Translations under genes and position numbers: made by a program
Shown: in pieces, positions 1 through 13,586 of the stretch
How the letters are laid out: the number at the start of each line of letters is the position of its first letter
Numbering within the stretch: position 1 is the stretch's first letter
The notes under the pieces: generated by a model
Database searches by the model: none
Told to the model about the DNA's origin: nothing
Seen by the model: the letters and a program-made list of their open reading frames with translations, nothing else
From: Lama guanicoe
Lineage: Eukaryota
NCBI GenBank assembly: GCA_013239625.1
Contig: MU053652.1
Span: forward strand, 186,001 to 250,000
Reading direction: 5' to 3'
DNA length: 64,000 bases

Positions 1-861
1 ATCAATTTGTTGACCTGGACATGGACAGCTGTGCGGTGCCAGTGAGGGTCTGTGCTAAGCGATGCTGAATGAGGCGAAAACCTGTGCACGGACTCGAAAG
101 GTACTGTCCTTGAACTATGTAGAGGTCCTCAGACTGATGGTGCTATGAATACCACGTGTTAAATATCCTCTTAAACAACAACAAAAGCTACTTTTCTTAC
201 TGTTTCGTAGCAGAACCTGTCCCTCGGGGCTGTTTGGTTGCTGCATATCTGGAGTCTTGACAGGATAACTCTGGACAAAGCTTTACATTTATAGTAATCA
301 CCCTTTTTATGTTGATGGGAAATGTCACCTTTCCTAGTAACCGAAACAGTGTTGATGTACACAGACAGCATTTAACTGAGCCGATTAGGTTTTAAATTCT
401 GGTTTTAGTGAGTATGTGTTCCTTTCAGTCTGAATACCTCTGTTGGTCTTATTAACAGGAGGATACGTGTGGGCACATTAGGGCCCGCATACAACACAAT
501 GAGCGCGTGTAAGAACAGGATGCTGGACATGCTGTGGGAATTGGCTTTTATCTCTCGTCTTTGGATATAAGAAAATACATCTAACAGACGCCAATTAATA
601 TTTTTATAAACAATTTATTCCCCTTGGTTAACTTAGTTTTCAATCCAGGCTGAAATTGATTTCAGCCCCTTTTAAAAGGGAAAAAAGACGTTTTGCAGAG
701 GGTCAGATACCCACTAACTGGAGGAGAAAGGTCTCTTAAAGTCCTCTCCTCTTTCTCTGGGTCAAGACTATGTAATTTTGTGCCCCACAGATAGAGGGTG
801 TAGTTTGTTAACAAAACCCTTAGAAGATCAAATAACAAATGAGACCAGACAGAAAACATAC

Positions 862-878
862 TGTGTGTGTGTGTGTGT
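862..878. repeat. (TG)n microsatellite
   Basis: tgtgtgtgtgtgtgtgt seen directly. Confidence 0.85.
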
Positions 879-1760
879 ACTTGTGTGCCCACTTCACAGC
901 TTGACCAGAGTCCTAGATGAGGTAACAGGAGAAAACAGTGGACATGTGAATTATTTTAATTTAATGTCTACTCTTTACTACAATTCTTGTCACATTACAA
1001 ATGCTTTTTCATTTTTTAATAAGAATTTATTTTGACCCTTTATTTGCTTTTTTATCCAACTAAAACCATTAATGCACTTGAAAAGTTTCTATCAAGTTCT
1101 AAAGTATTTAGACACAATTCAAATAGTTGGATTTTTTTGTACCTTCTTCCTGCCTAGTTATCCAAAATGAAATGCTGTGGAGCTTGAATTTGGTCATTGC
1201 GTCAAGTGAAGAAAGACCGTGAAAGCTGAGTTGGTCTGTGCCACTTTCACCAAACCTTTTCCATTCTTCTGGGAAGATGACCTGATATATTTTAAGGATT
1301 CTAATAAATACCTTGTGGTCATTTCCTGAGCACCTTTCCTCCCTTCTGCATATATTTTTTAACTTCCTAACCCCCATCTCCAGTTTCTTCATCAGCCTCC
1401 GTTCACTTGGATACTTTTCTGCTGAGTAACAGCTCTATTCTTGTATCTGTTTATGCCTCTATTCTTTGGGGCTTCTGGGTGTTTTTGTGGATTTTTACAG
1501 GGTATATATATCTGTGTAGCGTGTATTCTGTTATACACTGTTATAAGCACTGATACTGGGGTGGGGGTGTCTGTGATGATGAGAATATCTGGTGGAATAT
1601 ATGAGTATATGTGTAATGAGTATGAATGTGAAGGGTTAATGTAAAAATGTTTATATATTCTGTTACAGCTCAGGGTGGGGCTGAGAATCCTTACCACCGT
1701 TCCTGTCTGTATTTGGAAAACAGTAGTTTTCATACTTTGCTCTTTTTAACCTACCTCCAG

Positions 1761-1795
1761 CTGATTTCGCTCGCAGTGCCAGATGCCTGTGGTGA
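1761..1795 (+). CDS. Candidate alternative last/cassette exon coding end (xDFARSARCLW*) of an unidentified upstream gene
   Basis: Pyrimidine-rich acceptor tctttttaacctacctccAG (AG 1759-1760), phase-1 frame to TGA 1793-1795, AATAAA at 1836-1841, possible donor cag|gtcggg at 1815/1816. No homology recognised. Confidence 0.2.
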
Positions 1796-2989
1796 GGGGA
1801 TGTGGAAAACACCAGGTCGGGAATAACCGTAAACCAATAAATTAGCTCTGGGCCAGTGGACGTGCTCATTGGTGGACCAGCTGGCATGGCAGACATTGTA
1901 GCAAAGACCTGAGCATCTGACAGATGCACATGGAGAAGAATGGCATGGAGATCTGAAATCGAGATCCTCCATTTGTTGTAGTTTTTTCTCTTTGGCTAGG
2001 AGTAAACAGAATTATGAGTAATTCTGCCCTTATTAGATAAACAAAGCATTTTATTCTCAATAGCTTTATCCTGAAAAGTGTGCGTGGAACTCATCTGTGA
2101 CAGTTCATTCTTAGGTTGAAAGAACTGTCAGTATAGATAAAATCCATTGTTACTAACTGATTGGTGTGACATTTGAAAATGAGTATAAACAATATTTGTC
2201 AGTAAAAGAACTAGTCATAAGCGTCAGAATACGTTCAGTATGTACCAGGCTGGGGTGGGAGACTCTGTGTGCTCTTTCTAGCAGCTTCTTCACAGTGGAC
2301 AGTGCAGAGAAGGGAGGGACCAGGGATGACATCTCACTCAGTTCCGTACTGCCAGCCCCTGCACAGAGTCTGACTTGCATCCCAGGAGTAAATGAACGCT
2401 TGCTAAGATCTTATTCCCTTACCTTATGATGGTTTCTAATTCCTGTTTCCACTCTTCATCAGCTGGTTGGCAGGAACACAAAAAATAGGAAACATTCCTA
2501 AGATTCTAAGCCAGGGACAGAAGGGAGGACACACACCAGGAATGGGGTGGGGTGCAGCTTTTGCTCTCTGGTTACCTGGTGCGAGAAGGGCAGAGAATTA
2601 TAGACTTAGCGTCTTACATCATTCGGTGCTCAGTGCAAGGACATGCCCTCAGGGTTCTATTAGGATTCTTAGAAGTTTTTGAAGTAGGCTGCTTGGGGTG
2701 ACCCTTAACCTCACCATAGGTAGTTGGTTTGTATTGGCTGGTGCCTGGGGCACATTGCCCTTTTCTCGTCTCGGTATCATACTGACACCACTTCCCTGAG
2801 CTTTACCTATGAAATCACTAAGCATCCTACCAAATTTCCTCAATTTCAGTCAAGTAAGGCAAGCTACAAGGGTACCACAGATAGGTGGGGGGAAGAGCTT
2901 GGTCTACATTTAGAAGTCATGACTTACATTTTTTAAGGGAAAAGGCTGTAACAGTTCCTTGGCACACTGAATTATTTATTTCTTTTCAG

Positions 2990-3030
2990 ATGTAAAGAAG
3001 ACTTCCGTGAAACAACGAGAGAAGCAGTAG
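2990..3030 (+). CDS. Candidate terminal coding exon (xVKKTSVKQREKQ*) of an unidentified upstream gene
   Basis: Strong acceptor ttatttatttcttttcAG (AG 2988-2989), phase-1 frame ending in TAG 3028-3030, AATAAA 14 nt later. Large TE insertions begin only downstream (from 3962). Confidence 0.4.
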
Positions 3031-3044
3031 TTACTCCCCAGAGC

Positions 3045-3090
3045 AATAAAACTGTCTTTGTGTATCACTTGCAATCACAAGTCATTTCTG
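3045..3090 (+). terminator. Candidate polyadenylation signal and GU/U-rich flank
   Basis: AATAAA 3045-3050 followed by tgtctttgtgtatca; further AATAAA at 3409-3414 and 3541-3546. Confidence 0.35.
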
Positions 3091-3961
3091 TGCTAGTTGC
3101 TTTCATTCCAGAGAATGGTATCCTCCTCCAAAAAAGAGGATGATTTTTAAAGTAGGATTTCCTAACAGATTATGTGGTGTGGGGCTAGGGGAGGGCTGGT
3201 GGGGATTTGATTTATTCAGCCTTTGAGCTCTTGATTCAGCATTACAATTTAAGAACAAAGACTGGAGGAGGAGGAGGGACTAGACAGCAGTGGAGGATGT
3301 AGAACATTAGTGAGCATTCAGATTTTGAGCTGTGTAAATATCAAATGTCTGCTTCCAGCCTTATGAGTTATTTGAGCAGAGAGTTAAGAAGGAAAGGAAG
3401 ATTCTGTGAATAAAATGTTTGGCCCAACAAATGGAATGAGTCTTTTTACCATGATTTCTCACAAAGAGCAATTTTCTACCTTCTGAAACAACTCATCGGA
3501 CACCTGGTTTTTATCTTAAATTGTACAACCATTGTTTCTTAATAAAAGTGATACATTTCTTGCAGGTGTTTCCATTCACCATTACCTTTCAAGTGCTTGT
3601 GTGCAGTTTCAAAAGCTCTCCAATTTTTGCCCTGTGTAGTGGTGGGACATTTTACTACAGACAATCGTAAGGAACCCGTCTTCTGATGCCTGGCAGCTGG
3701 ATCAATCATACACCACTTCTCAGGCTACAGGTAGGTTTCTACTTCAGAAATTTAAAGAGGATCAGCCTAGTTTGGGAGGTTTTTAGACGTTCATGGCAGT
3801 AAGTTTCTGTAGCAAATCTCAAAACCTCTTTGCCTTAAAAGAAACGCATTGATTTTTGTGCTGCTGCAATGCCCAGCTCTTTATCTTCCATCTGTTGCCT
3901 TTAAATGAATCTTAATGTGAAAGCAACTTGCTGAGCAGTTTACCGCACCCAATCTATTTTT

Positions 3962-6900
3962 TTATTGATAGTTGATTTACAGTATTATATTAGCTTCAGG
4001 TGTACAACATAGTGACTCAAAAGTTTTATAGATTACCACTCCATTTATAGTTATTATAAAATACTGGCTCTATTCCCTGTGCTGCACACTATATCCTTGT
4101 AGCTTATTTATTTTGTATATAGTAGTTTGTGTCTCTTAATCCCCTACTCCATCTTGCCCCACCCTCCTTCCCTCTCCCCAGTGGTAAACACTAGTTTGTT
4201 CTCTATATCTTTGAGCCTGTTACTTTTTTTGTTATATTCACTAGTTTTATTTTTTAGATTCCACATATAAATGATAACATATTTGTCTTTCTCTATCTGA
4301 CTTATTCCACTAAGCATAATACCCTCCAGTTCCATCCATGTTGTTGCAAATGGGAAGATTTTATTCTTTTGTGTGGTTGAGCACTGTTCCATTGTATGCA
4401 TATGCCACATCGGCTTCGTCCATTCATCAGCTGATATACACTTAGGTTCATCTATATCTTGGCTATTGTAAATAATGCTGCTATGAACTTTGGGGTGCAC
4501 ATGCACCTTTTTGAATTAGCATTTGTTTTCTTTGGATATATATATATGCAGGAGTAGAAGTGCTGAATCATATGGTAGTTCTGCTTTTATTTTTTTTGAG
4601 AAACCTCCATACTGCTTTCCATAGTGGCTGCACCAATTTACATTCCCACTAACAGTGCACAAGTGTTCCCTTTTGTGCACATCCTCCCCAACGTTTGTTT
4701 TTTATGGTCTTTTTGATGATAGCCATTCTGACAGATGTAAATTGATATCTCTTTGTGGTTTTGATAGGCATTTCTCTGATGATTAGTGATGCTCAGCATC
4801 TTTTCATGTGCCTTTTGGCCATCTGTATGCCTTCCTTGGAAAAATGTCTACTCATATCTTCTGCCCATTTTTTAGTCATGTTGTTTGTTATTTGATGCTG
4901 AGTTGTATGAGCTGTTTATGTATTTTGGATATTCACCCCTTGGTATATCATTTGCAAATATTTTCTCCCATTCAGTAGGTTGTCTTTTTGTTTTGTCGAT
5001 GGTTTCCTTTGCTGTGCAAAAGCTTTTAAGTTTAATTAGCTCCCATTTGTTTATTTTTGCTTTTGTTTCCTTTGTCTTAGGAGATCAAAAAAAAAACTTC
5101 TATGATTTATGTCAAAGAGTGTTCTGCCTATGTCTCTTCTAGGAGTTTAATGGTTTCCAGTGTTACATTTAGGTCTTTAATCCATTTTGAATTTATTTTG
5201 TATATGGTGTTAGAAAATGTTTTAATTTCATTCTTTCACATGTAGCTGTCCAGTTTTCTCAGCACCACTTATCGAAGAGACTGTCTTTCCTTCATTGTGT
5301 ATCCTGCCTCCTTTGTTGTAGAGTCTTCGTCCATAAGTGTGTGCATTTATTTCTGGCTCTCTTTTCTGTTCTACTGATCTACGTGGGTCTGTTTTTGTGC
5401 CGGTATGATACTGTTTTGATTACTAAAGCTTTGCAGTACAGCCTGAAGTCAGGGGGTGTGATACCTCCAGCTCTGTTCTTTAAGACTGTTTTGGCTATTA
5501 GGGATCTTTAGTGTTTCTGTACAAATTAGTTGTTCTAGTTCTGTGGAAAGTGATATTGGTATTTTGATAGGGATTGCACTGAATCTGTAGATTGCCTTGA
5601 GTAGTATGACAGTTTTAACAATATTAATTCTTCCAGTCCGTGAACATGGAACATCTTTCCATCTGTTTGTGTTGTCTTCACTTTCATCAGTGTCTTACAG
5701 TTTTCTGAGTACAGGTCTTTTGCCTCCTTAGGTAGATTTATTCCTAGGTATTTTATTCTTTTCAGTGTGATTGTAAATAGGATAGTTTCATTAATTTTGC
5801 TTTCTAATAGTTCATTGTTATTGTATAGAAATGCAACATATTTCTGTATATTAATTATGTACCCTGCAACTTTACTGAATTCACTGGTGAGCTCTGGTAG
5901 TTCTGGTGCTGTCTTTTAGGATATTCTGTGTATACTACCATGTCCTCTGCAAACAGTGACAGTTTTACGTCTTCCTTTCTAATTTGGATTTCTTTTCTTT
6001 TTCTTGTCTGGTTTGATGTGGCTAGAACTTCCAATATGTTGACTAAAAATGTGAGAGTGGGCATCCTTATCTTGTTCCTGATCTTTGATGAAAGCTTCCA
6101 GATTTTCACCACTGAGTATGGTGTTAGCTGTGGGGTTATTATACGTGGCCTTGATTAGGCTGAGGTATGTTCCCTCTGTACCCACTTTCTGGAGAATTTT
6201 TATCATAAATGGATGTTGAATTTTGTCAAAAGCTTTTTCTATATCTGTTGAGATGATCATATGGCTTTTATTCTTCAATGTATTACTGTGGTGTATCACA
6301 TTGATTGATCTGCAAATGTTGACCCATGATCCTTTTAATGTATTGTTTGATTCATTTGCTGAAATTTTGTTGAGTATTTTTGCATCTATGTTCTTTAGTG
6401 ATACTGGCTTGTAAATTTTGTGTGTGTGGTATCTTTGTCTGGTTTTGGAATCAGGATGATGCTGGCCTCATAGAACGAGTGTGGAAGTGTTAATTCCTCT
6501 GCCATTTTTTTAAAAACAGTTGAAGAAGGATAGGTGTTAACTCTTCTCTGAATGGTAGAATTCACCTGTGAAGACAACTGGTCCTGGACTTCTGTTTTTT
6601 TGCAAATTAAAAAAAAAAATTCAATTTCATTACTGGTAATTAGTCTGCTCATACTTTCTATTTCTTCCTGGGTTAGTCTTGGGAGATTGTACATTGCTAG
6701 GAATTTGTCCATTTCATCTAGGTTGTCCATAGTATTGGCATATAGTCATTCAGAGTAATCTCTTACAATCCTTTGTATTTCTGTGGTTTTGGTTGTAACT
6801 TCTCTTTTTTTATGTCTGATTTTATTGATTTGAACCCTCTCTTTTTTTCCTGAACCCTCTCTTTTTTTCCTTGATGAGTCTGGCTAAAGGTTTTTCAATT

Positions 6901-9900
6901 TTGTTTATCTTTTCAAAGAACTAGCTTTTAGTTTCATTGATCTTTTCTAGTGATTTTTTTGTCTTTATTTCATTTATTTCTACTCTGATCTGTATCATTT
7001 TTCCTTCTAATAACTTTGGGTTTTGTTTGTTCTTCTTTTACTAGCTCCTTTAGGTGTAAACATTGGTTGTTTATTTGAAGTTTTTCTTGTTTCCTGAGGT
7101 AAGCTTGTATTGCTGTAAACGTTTCTCTTAGAACTGCTTTTTCTGCGTCCCATAGGTTTTGGATCATTTTGGTTTGGTTTTGTTTCCAGGTATTTTTAAA
7201 TTTATTCTTTGATTTCTTAAGTGGTTCATTGGTTGCTTAGTAGTATATTGTTTAACCTCCGTGTGTTTGTGGGTTTTGCAGGTTTTTTCTTATAGTTGAT
7301 TTCTACTCTCATAGTGTTGTGGTTGGAAAAGATGCTTGATTATGATTTCAGTTTTAAGTTTACTGAGGCTTGTTTTTTGACCTAGCATATGATCTATCTT
7401 GGAGGATGTTCAATGTGCACTTGAAAAGAATGTGTATTCTGCTGCTTTTGGATGGAATGTTCCATATGATTCTGTTAAGGTCATCTGGTCTAATGTGTCA
7501 TTTAAGGCCAGTATTTCCTTATTGATTTTCTGTCTCAATCTGTCCATTGATGTAAGAGGGATGTGTTACCACTATTATTGTGTTACTGTCATTTTCTCCC
7601 TTTATGTCTGTTAATACTTGCTTTATATAGGTACTTCTAGGTTGGGTGCATATATATTTATGATTATTGTATCTTCTTTTTGGATTGATAGCTTGATCAT
7701 TATGTAATGTCCTTCTTTGTTCCTTGTAACAGTCTTTGTTTTGAAGTCTATTTTATCTGATAAAAGTATTGCCACCCCAGCTTTCTTTTGATTTGTATTT
7801 GCATGGAATACCTTTTTCCACTCCCTCACTTTCAGTCTGTGTGTGTGTGTGTCTTTAGATCTGAAATGAATTTCTTGTAGGTAGCATATATATGGATCTT
7901 ATTTTTGTAACCATTCAGCCACTTTATGTCTTTAGATGGGAGCATTTAGTCCATTTACATTTGAAGTAATTATTGATATGTATGTACTTATTGCCATTTT
8001 GGTAGTTGTTTGGGGGTTGTTTTTGTAGTTATTTTGTTCTTTTGTTCTCTTTCCTTGTGATTTGATGACTATCTTTAGTGTTAGATTCCTTTCTGTAGGT
8101 GTATGTAAATATTACAGATTTTTGGTTTGTAGTTACCATGAGGTGTATGTGTGTATTTATATGTGTGTATATATACTTATATATGTGTATGTGATTAATT
8201 TGCTGATTTCTTAATGTGAAACATTTTAATAATCCTGAATTTTTACTCTCCTCCCCTCATAATTACTGTTTTTGACATCATATTTTAATCTGTTTGTCTT
8301 GTGTATCCCTTAACTGCTTTTTATGGATATATAGATGATTTTGCTACTATTGTCTCCTAACCTTCCTAGTATCTGTATACGTGGTTGATCTGCTACATTT
8401 ACTGTGTGTTTGCCTTTACCTATGAGCTTTTTACTTTTGTAGTTTTCATGTTTCTAGTTGTGGCTTTTTCTTTTTTGCTTAAGAAATCCCTTTAATAGTT
8501 CTTCTAAAACTGACTTGGTGATGCTGAACTCTTTTAGCTTTTGGTTATCTATAAAACTTTTGATCTCCATCAAATCTGAATGAGAGCCTTGCTGACTAGA
8601 GTGTTCTTTGTTGTAGGTTTTTCCCTTTCATCACTTTGAATATACTGTGCCATTCCTTTCTGGCCTGCAGAGTTTCTACTGAAAAGTCAGCTAATAGCCT
8701 TATAGGAGTTCCCTTGTATGTAACTTGTTGCTTTTCCCTTGCTGCTGTTAATAGTCTTTTTACCTTTAATTTTTGCCATTTTAATTACAATGTATCTTGG
8801 TGTGGTTCTCTCAGGAGTTGATCCTGTTCGGGACCTTCTCTGCTTCCTGTTCTTGGATGTCTGTTTCCTTTCCCAGGTTGGAGAAGTTTGCAGCTATTAG
8901 GTCTTCAAATGTGTTATCTGCCCCTTTCTCTCATTCTTGTCCTTCTGAGACCTCTATAATGCAAATGTCAATACATTTGTTCTTGTCCCAGAGGTCTCTT
9001 AGACAGTCCTCATTTTTTTTTTTCTATTTAGCTTCAGTGATTTCCATTACTCTGTCTTCCAGCTTGTGGATCTATTCCTCTGTATCATTTAGTCTACTGT
9101 TGATTCTTTCTAGTGTATTTTTCATTTCAGTTATTGTATTCATTTCTGTTCTTTATATTTTCTAATTCTTTGTTAAAAGCTTATAATTCTTCACTCTGTT
9201 CATCCATTCTTCTGAGTTCTTTGATCATCTTTATGATCATTACCTTGAACTCTTTCACAGGTAGATTGCCTATCTCTACTTCACTTAGTCCTTCTGGAGT
9301 TTTATCCTGTTCCTTTGTTTGGAACATGTTCCTCTGCTGCCTCATTTTGCCTACCTTGCTATTTTTATTTCAGTGTATATGGTAGGTTGGTTACATTTTC
9401 TGAACTTAGAGAAGTGGCCTTGTGTAGGAGACGTCATGAGCCCCAGCAGCATGCTCCTCTCTGGTCACCAGAGCTGTATGCTCTAGGGATGTCCCCATGA
9501 GGGCTGTATGGGCCCTTTTGTTGTAGCGGCCTGACTAGTGTGGGCAGTCTGGTAGGCATGACTGGCCCCCAGTCTGGTTGGTTGTCAGGCCCTGCCTAGT
9601 GTGGAAGCTGCCAGCCACTGGTTGGCAGGGCTGACTCATGAGGTGGCTGGCTCAATGGTGGATGGATTTGGGGTCCTGGAGTCTGGCTGCAGGGTCTGGG
9701 GTGTCCCAAAGCTTGTGTTGGCCTGCTGGTGGGTGGAGCTACAGCCCAGCCAGTCCCAGGGCTATTGTCCACCTGCTGGTGGATAAGGTTGGTCCTGAGG
9801 GTGGGGTCCAAGGGATTCTGAGTCTGGTGCCTGAACACCAGTGTGTGAGATTGGGTCCTGAGCCCTCTGGTGGGCAGGGCTGAGGGCTCAGGGAGTCTTA

Positions 9901-10624
9901 AGACAGCATGTCTGCTGGTGAGTGGGGTTGTGTCCCTGCCCAGTGTTTCTTGGCCTGAGGCTTCACAGTACTGGTCCTGAGGCTAATAAGCTAGAGGGAA
10001 GATTACAAAATGGTACGTGCCAGCACCAATGTCCGCATGGTAGCAAGGGCTCCCCTAAAAGGCTGCCATTCAGGAGCTGTGTCCCCAGGGTGAGCTCCAG
10101 TTGCTGCCACCTCTCCAGGAGAAGCTCCAAGATTGGCAGGTAAGCCTGACTCTTTCAAATTACTGTTTCTTCCCTGGGTCCCGGAGTGTGTGAGATTTTG
10201 TGTACACCCTTTGAAAGTGTAGTCTCCTGTTCCCACAGCCCACTGGTTCTCCCAAAAATAAGCCCCACTGGCTTTCAAAGCCAAACATTCTAGGTACTCG
10301 TCTTTCCAGTGCAGGACCCCCAGGCTGGGGACCCCAGTGCGGGGCTCACATGCCTGGCTCCTCGGGGAGAACCTCTGCAGTTGTACTTACTCTCCTGGCT
10401 GTAGATCAGTCACCTACCAGGGTCATGGGTCTTGACTAGACTGCATCTCTGCCCCTCCTACTCATCTCATTGTTGCTCCTTCTTTATATCTTTAGTTGTA
10501 GAAGATCTTTTCTGGGAGGTTCTGGTCTTTTTCATTGATAGGTGTTCTGTAAATTGTAATTTTGGTGAGCTCCACGAGAGGAGGTGAGCTCAGGGTGTTT
10601 CTACTCCACCATCTTGAGCTTTTC
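3962..10624 (-). mobile_element. Full-length decayed LINE-1 (~6.7 kb)
   Basis: 5' YY1 motif CAAGATGG (rc at 10609-10616). ORF2 endonuclease peptide KKAGVAILLSDKIDFK (ORF 7623-7829), RT peptides [14 protein letters not shown] and SLFAEDM, and C-terminal FATTWMELEGIMLS. T-rich tail at 3957-3966. TSD cccaatctattttt (3948-3961) / cccaaactattttt (10625-10638). Many stops and frameshifts. Confidence 0.95.
6831..6870. repeat. Perfect 20-bp tandem duplication inside L1
   Basis: tgaaccctctctttttttcc x2. Confidence 0.95.
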
Positions 10625-11617
10625 CCCAAACTATTTTTAATGTTATTCAGTGGCCTCTAAGTAGAGAACACTAAAAGAAAAAAAAATGGGAGATTTTGCA
10701 CTAAATATAGCATAATTAAAACTCATCTCTTTAAGAACGTCAAGTCCTGTCCTTCTGATAAAGTTGTGCTATGACTTTTAAACAACACTGAACCTGTAAT
10801 TGCATGCTTGGAATGGTCTTAGCTGCTTCCGAAGCCCCTTTACTCTGAAGTCATATAGGTATAGAGGGTGGTGAACTACAAAAAGTTATGAACTGCAAGC
10901 CCCCCCCCCAAAAAAAGTAAAGAAAGAATGCTTTGGGAGACTAAGTCAAGGTTTAACGCCCCAGCAAATTGTATAATCTCATCAGTGGAGCAGTCTTCTA
11001 CAGGGTACCCTGTGATTCCAGTGCCAGCAGCAAAGCATAAATGCAGACAACACAAATGACATAACAGTGTCTCAGCTTGAGGTGCCCCTCCTTAATAAGG
11101 GCTCAAGCACATAGGTGGATGTCAGAAAAGAGTCACTTTGTGCCCATCGTACATTTGCCATTCAACAGACTGTCAGAAATGAACATAGATGAATGAATGG
11201 AATGTGTACTAATGTCAAAACTTTTCTTCAAAAGAAAAAAAAAACCACATCTGGCTATGCAAGTATTTGTTACTTGTCAAAGCTTTTCAGTGATCTTTAT
11301 CTGAAACTTAATTTTAACAATGGGATGAGTTTATTAAGTTATGTTCATGTCTGACTGTTTCTTAATCAACACTTCAGGAACTTGGCATCTGGCTTCATTA
11401 TTGCGTGTGACTCCATGGTGCACAGATGCTTTCTGAAACTAAGGGAGCTTATGATGATAATTACTGGAGGTTTATTATTTCCTATAATAGCTTCAAATGA
11501 AGTTTACTGCATGAACACACTCCTTTCATGAAGGCCACACATCTGTATCAATTTCCCAGAATCTTTAGCACTGTTACAATAATGAGTTTCATCCCAGCAA
11601 TTAAATGGCATGACATA

Positions 11618-11847
11618 GTAATAATAGCAAACATATGTAACATGTGAGGCACTTTGCTTGACTTACATTAACTTGTGCAATCCTCACAACAAATCACTGA
11701 AGTTAGAAAATTACCCTAGTTTCACAGATAACAAAACAGAGGCGCTAACTTGCCTCAGTTACTCATGTGCACTGGAGCCAGGATTTGAACCCATGAAGGC
11801 CAAGTCCAGAATCTACCCTCTCATCATCACTGTACTGTGCTACCTCT
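11618..11847 (-). mobile_element. MIR SINE
   Basis: atcctcacaac...cacagataacaaaacagaggc...ggagccaggatttgaaccca matches the reverse complement of the MIR core. Confidence 0.8.
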
Positions 11848-13586
11848 AAAACCTCAGCAGGAGACTGTCTGCGCTTCCTTTGCCCTATGTCTCCGTTTGG
11901 TGTTGCTCTCTATATGCCAAATGTCAATTAGTCTTGAATTTGTTTTCTCACCATTATGTTAACATGTGTTTAATTCATATCTTATTCTCTACTTTTCCTC
12001 TAAGAGTTAATGATCTGTGGTACAAGCAAGAAGAAAATAGAAGCGGGAGATCAAGATGGTGGAATAGTAGAATGTGGAGCTTACCTCCCCTCCACAAACA
12101 TATCAAAAATACATCTGCATGTGGAACACTTCTCATAGAAAACTAACTGGCGAAGATCTCCTATATACAACAACCAGGGCTGCAAGAAACATTCCCATAT
12201 AATCAGGTAGGATGGGGAAAGTGACACTGGGTCAGGACCTGTGCCCCTGGGAGGAGACTAAGAGGAAAAGGGAAATTGCACAGGTGGACACTCATCCTGG
12301 GAGTGAGTGGGTCAAGCTACAGGCTGGGCATCCCAGTCCTGGGGTCCTTTGCAGAAGAGACAAACCCCCATGGCTGCCTGGTGAACCCCTGGGACAGATA
12401 CAAGGGCTGGAGAAGCCTAGACTCCACTTGCCAGGAGTCTGCAGGTGCTAGCTTTCCATCAGATAGGGCAGAGAGAGGTCTGCCTTACCAGCTACCACCT
12501 TGCCATGCTCCCAAATCCAAGCTGAGTGAACACCCCGGCCTGCTTACTCCACACCACAGCTTGTCACTAGATCTAGGGCAGCCAGGTCCTGGGAAAAGAC
12601 CCAACCTAGTGATGCAGAGGTGGCCCAGGGTCCTTGGGTGTGGTCTAGGCAGGGAGGTGGAGGCCCTTGTTGGTGCTTAGTCACAGTGCCACAGCAGCAG
12701 CCCAGACTTCTGGTGGCAGTGCAGATGCTCCAACTCCTGCAATCCCTCCTCCCCACCTAGAGAACACCCCAGCCTGGTCCCTCCATAGCACAGCGTGACA
12801 CTGGATCTGGGACAGCTAATATTGATGCTTCAGCAGCCTAGACAGCAGGGCAGCTGCTTCAGTTGTGACAGCCACAACAATCCCAGTCCCAGCCCCAGCC
12901 GTGTGACTGCTCCAGCCCTACCCACTCCATGCCACAGCCTTGCACTGAGATCTGGGATGATCACAGGGGAAAAGATGCAAACCTGGGCTGTGCCCGAGTA
13001 GAGCCACAGACACCTCCAGAGGCAGTGCATCATCAGACCTCGATAAGCACGGGAGCCTCACTCCTGCCCTCCTCTCCTTTGGGGCAGAGGCCCCAGTGTG
13101 GGGAGAAGGAAAAACACACTTAAAGGGACCAGAGCCTGCTTGAGCCCAACTCTCAGGGCTTCTGCTCCAGTAACTTGGGAGCAGATTCCTACCCTGACAG
13201 GTGGCTTCTGCCACTAAGCAGAGAGAAGTGCCCCCTCACACCCTGCCCAGGCTCAAGCTCCTCCATCTGCAGCCACACAACCTGAGGAAAGACAGGCTGG
13301 AATCCACATCAGATCCAGCCCTCAGACCAAAGACACTGGGTATATGCAGTCTACACAGGGGCACTGCCACATAAAAATACCCCTTCAAGACCACAATAGG
13401 TAACTGTTTCACCTAAATTCAGAGAGAGAAAGTTAAGTAAAATGAAAAGGCAGAGGAACTACTCCCAATTAAATGAGCAAGAGAAAACCTCTGAAAAAAC
13501 AGTGAAACAGATACTCAAGCTAGCAGACAATGAGTTCAAATAGTTGGTCATAAAGAAGCTGCCTGAATTAACAAAGTAAATTGAAT

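Noticed and set aside
459..515. Possible + strand exon after attaacag
   Set aside because: Weak acceptor and donor, and no recognisable peptide in any frame.
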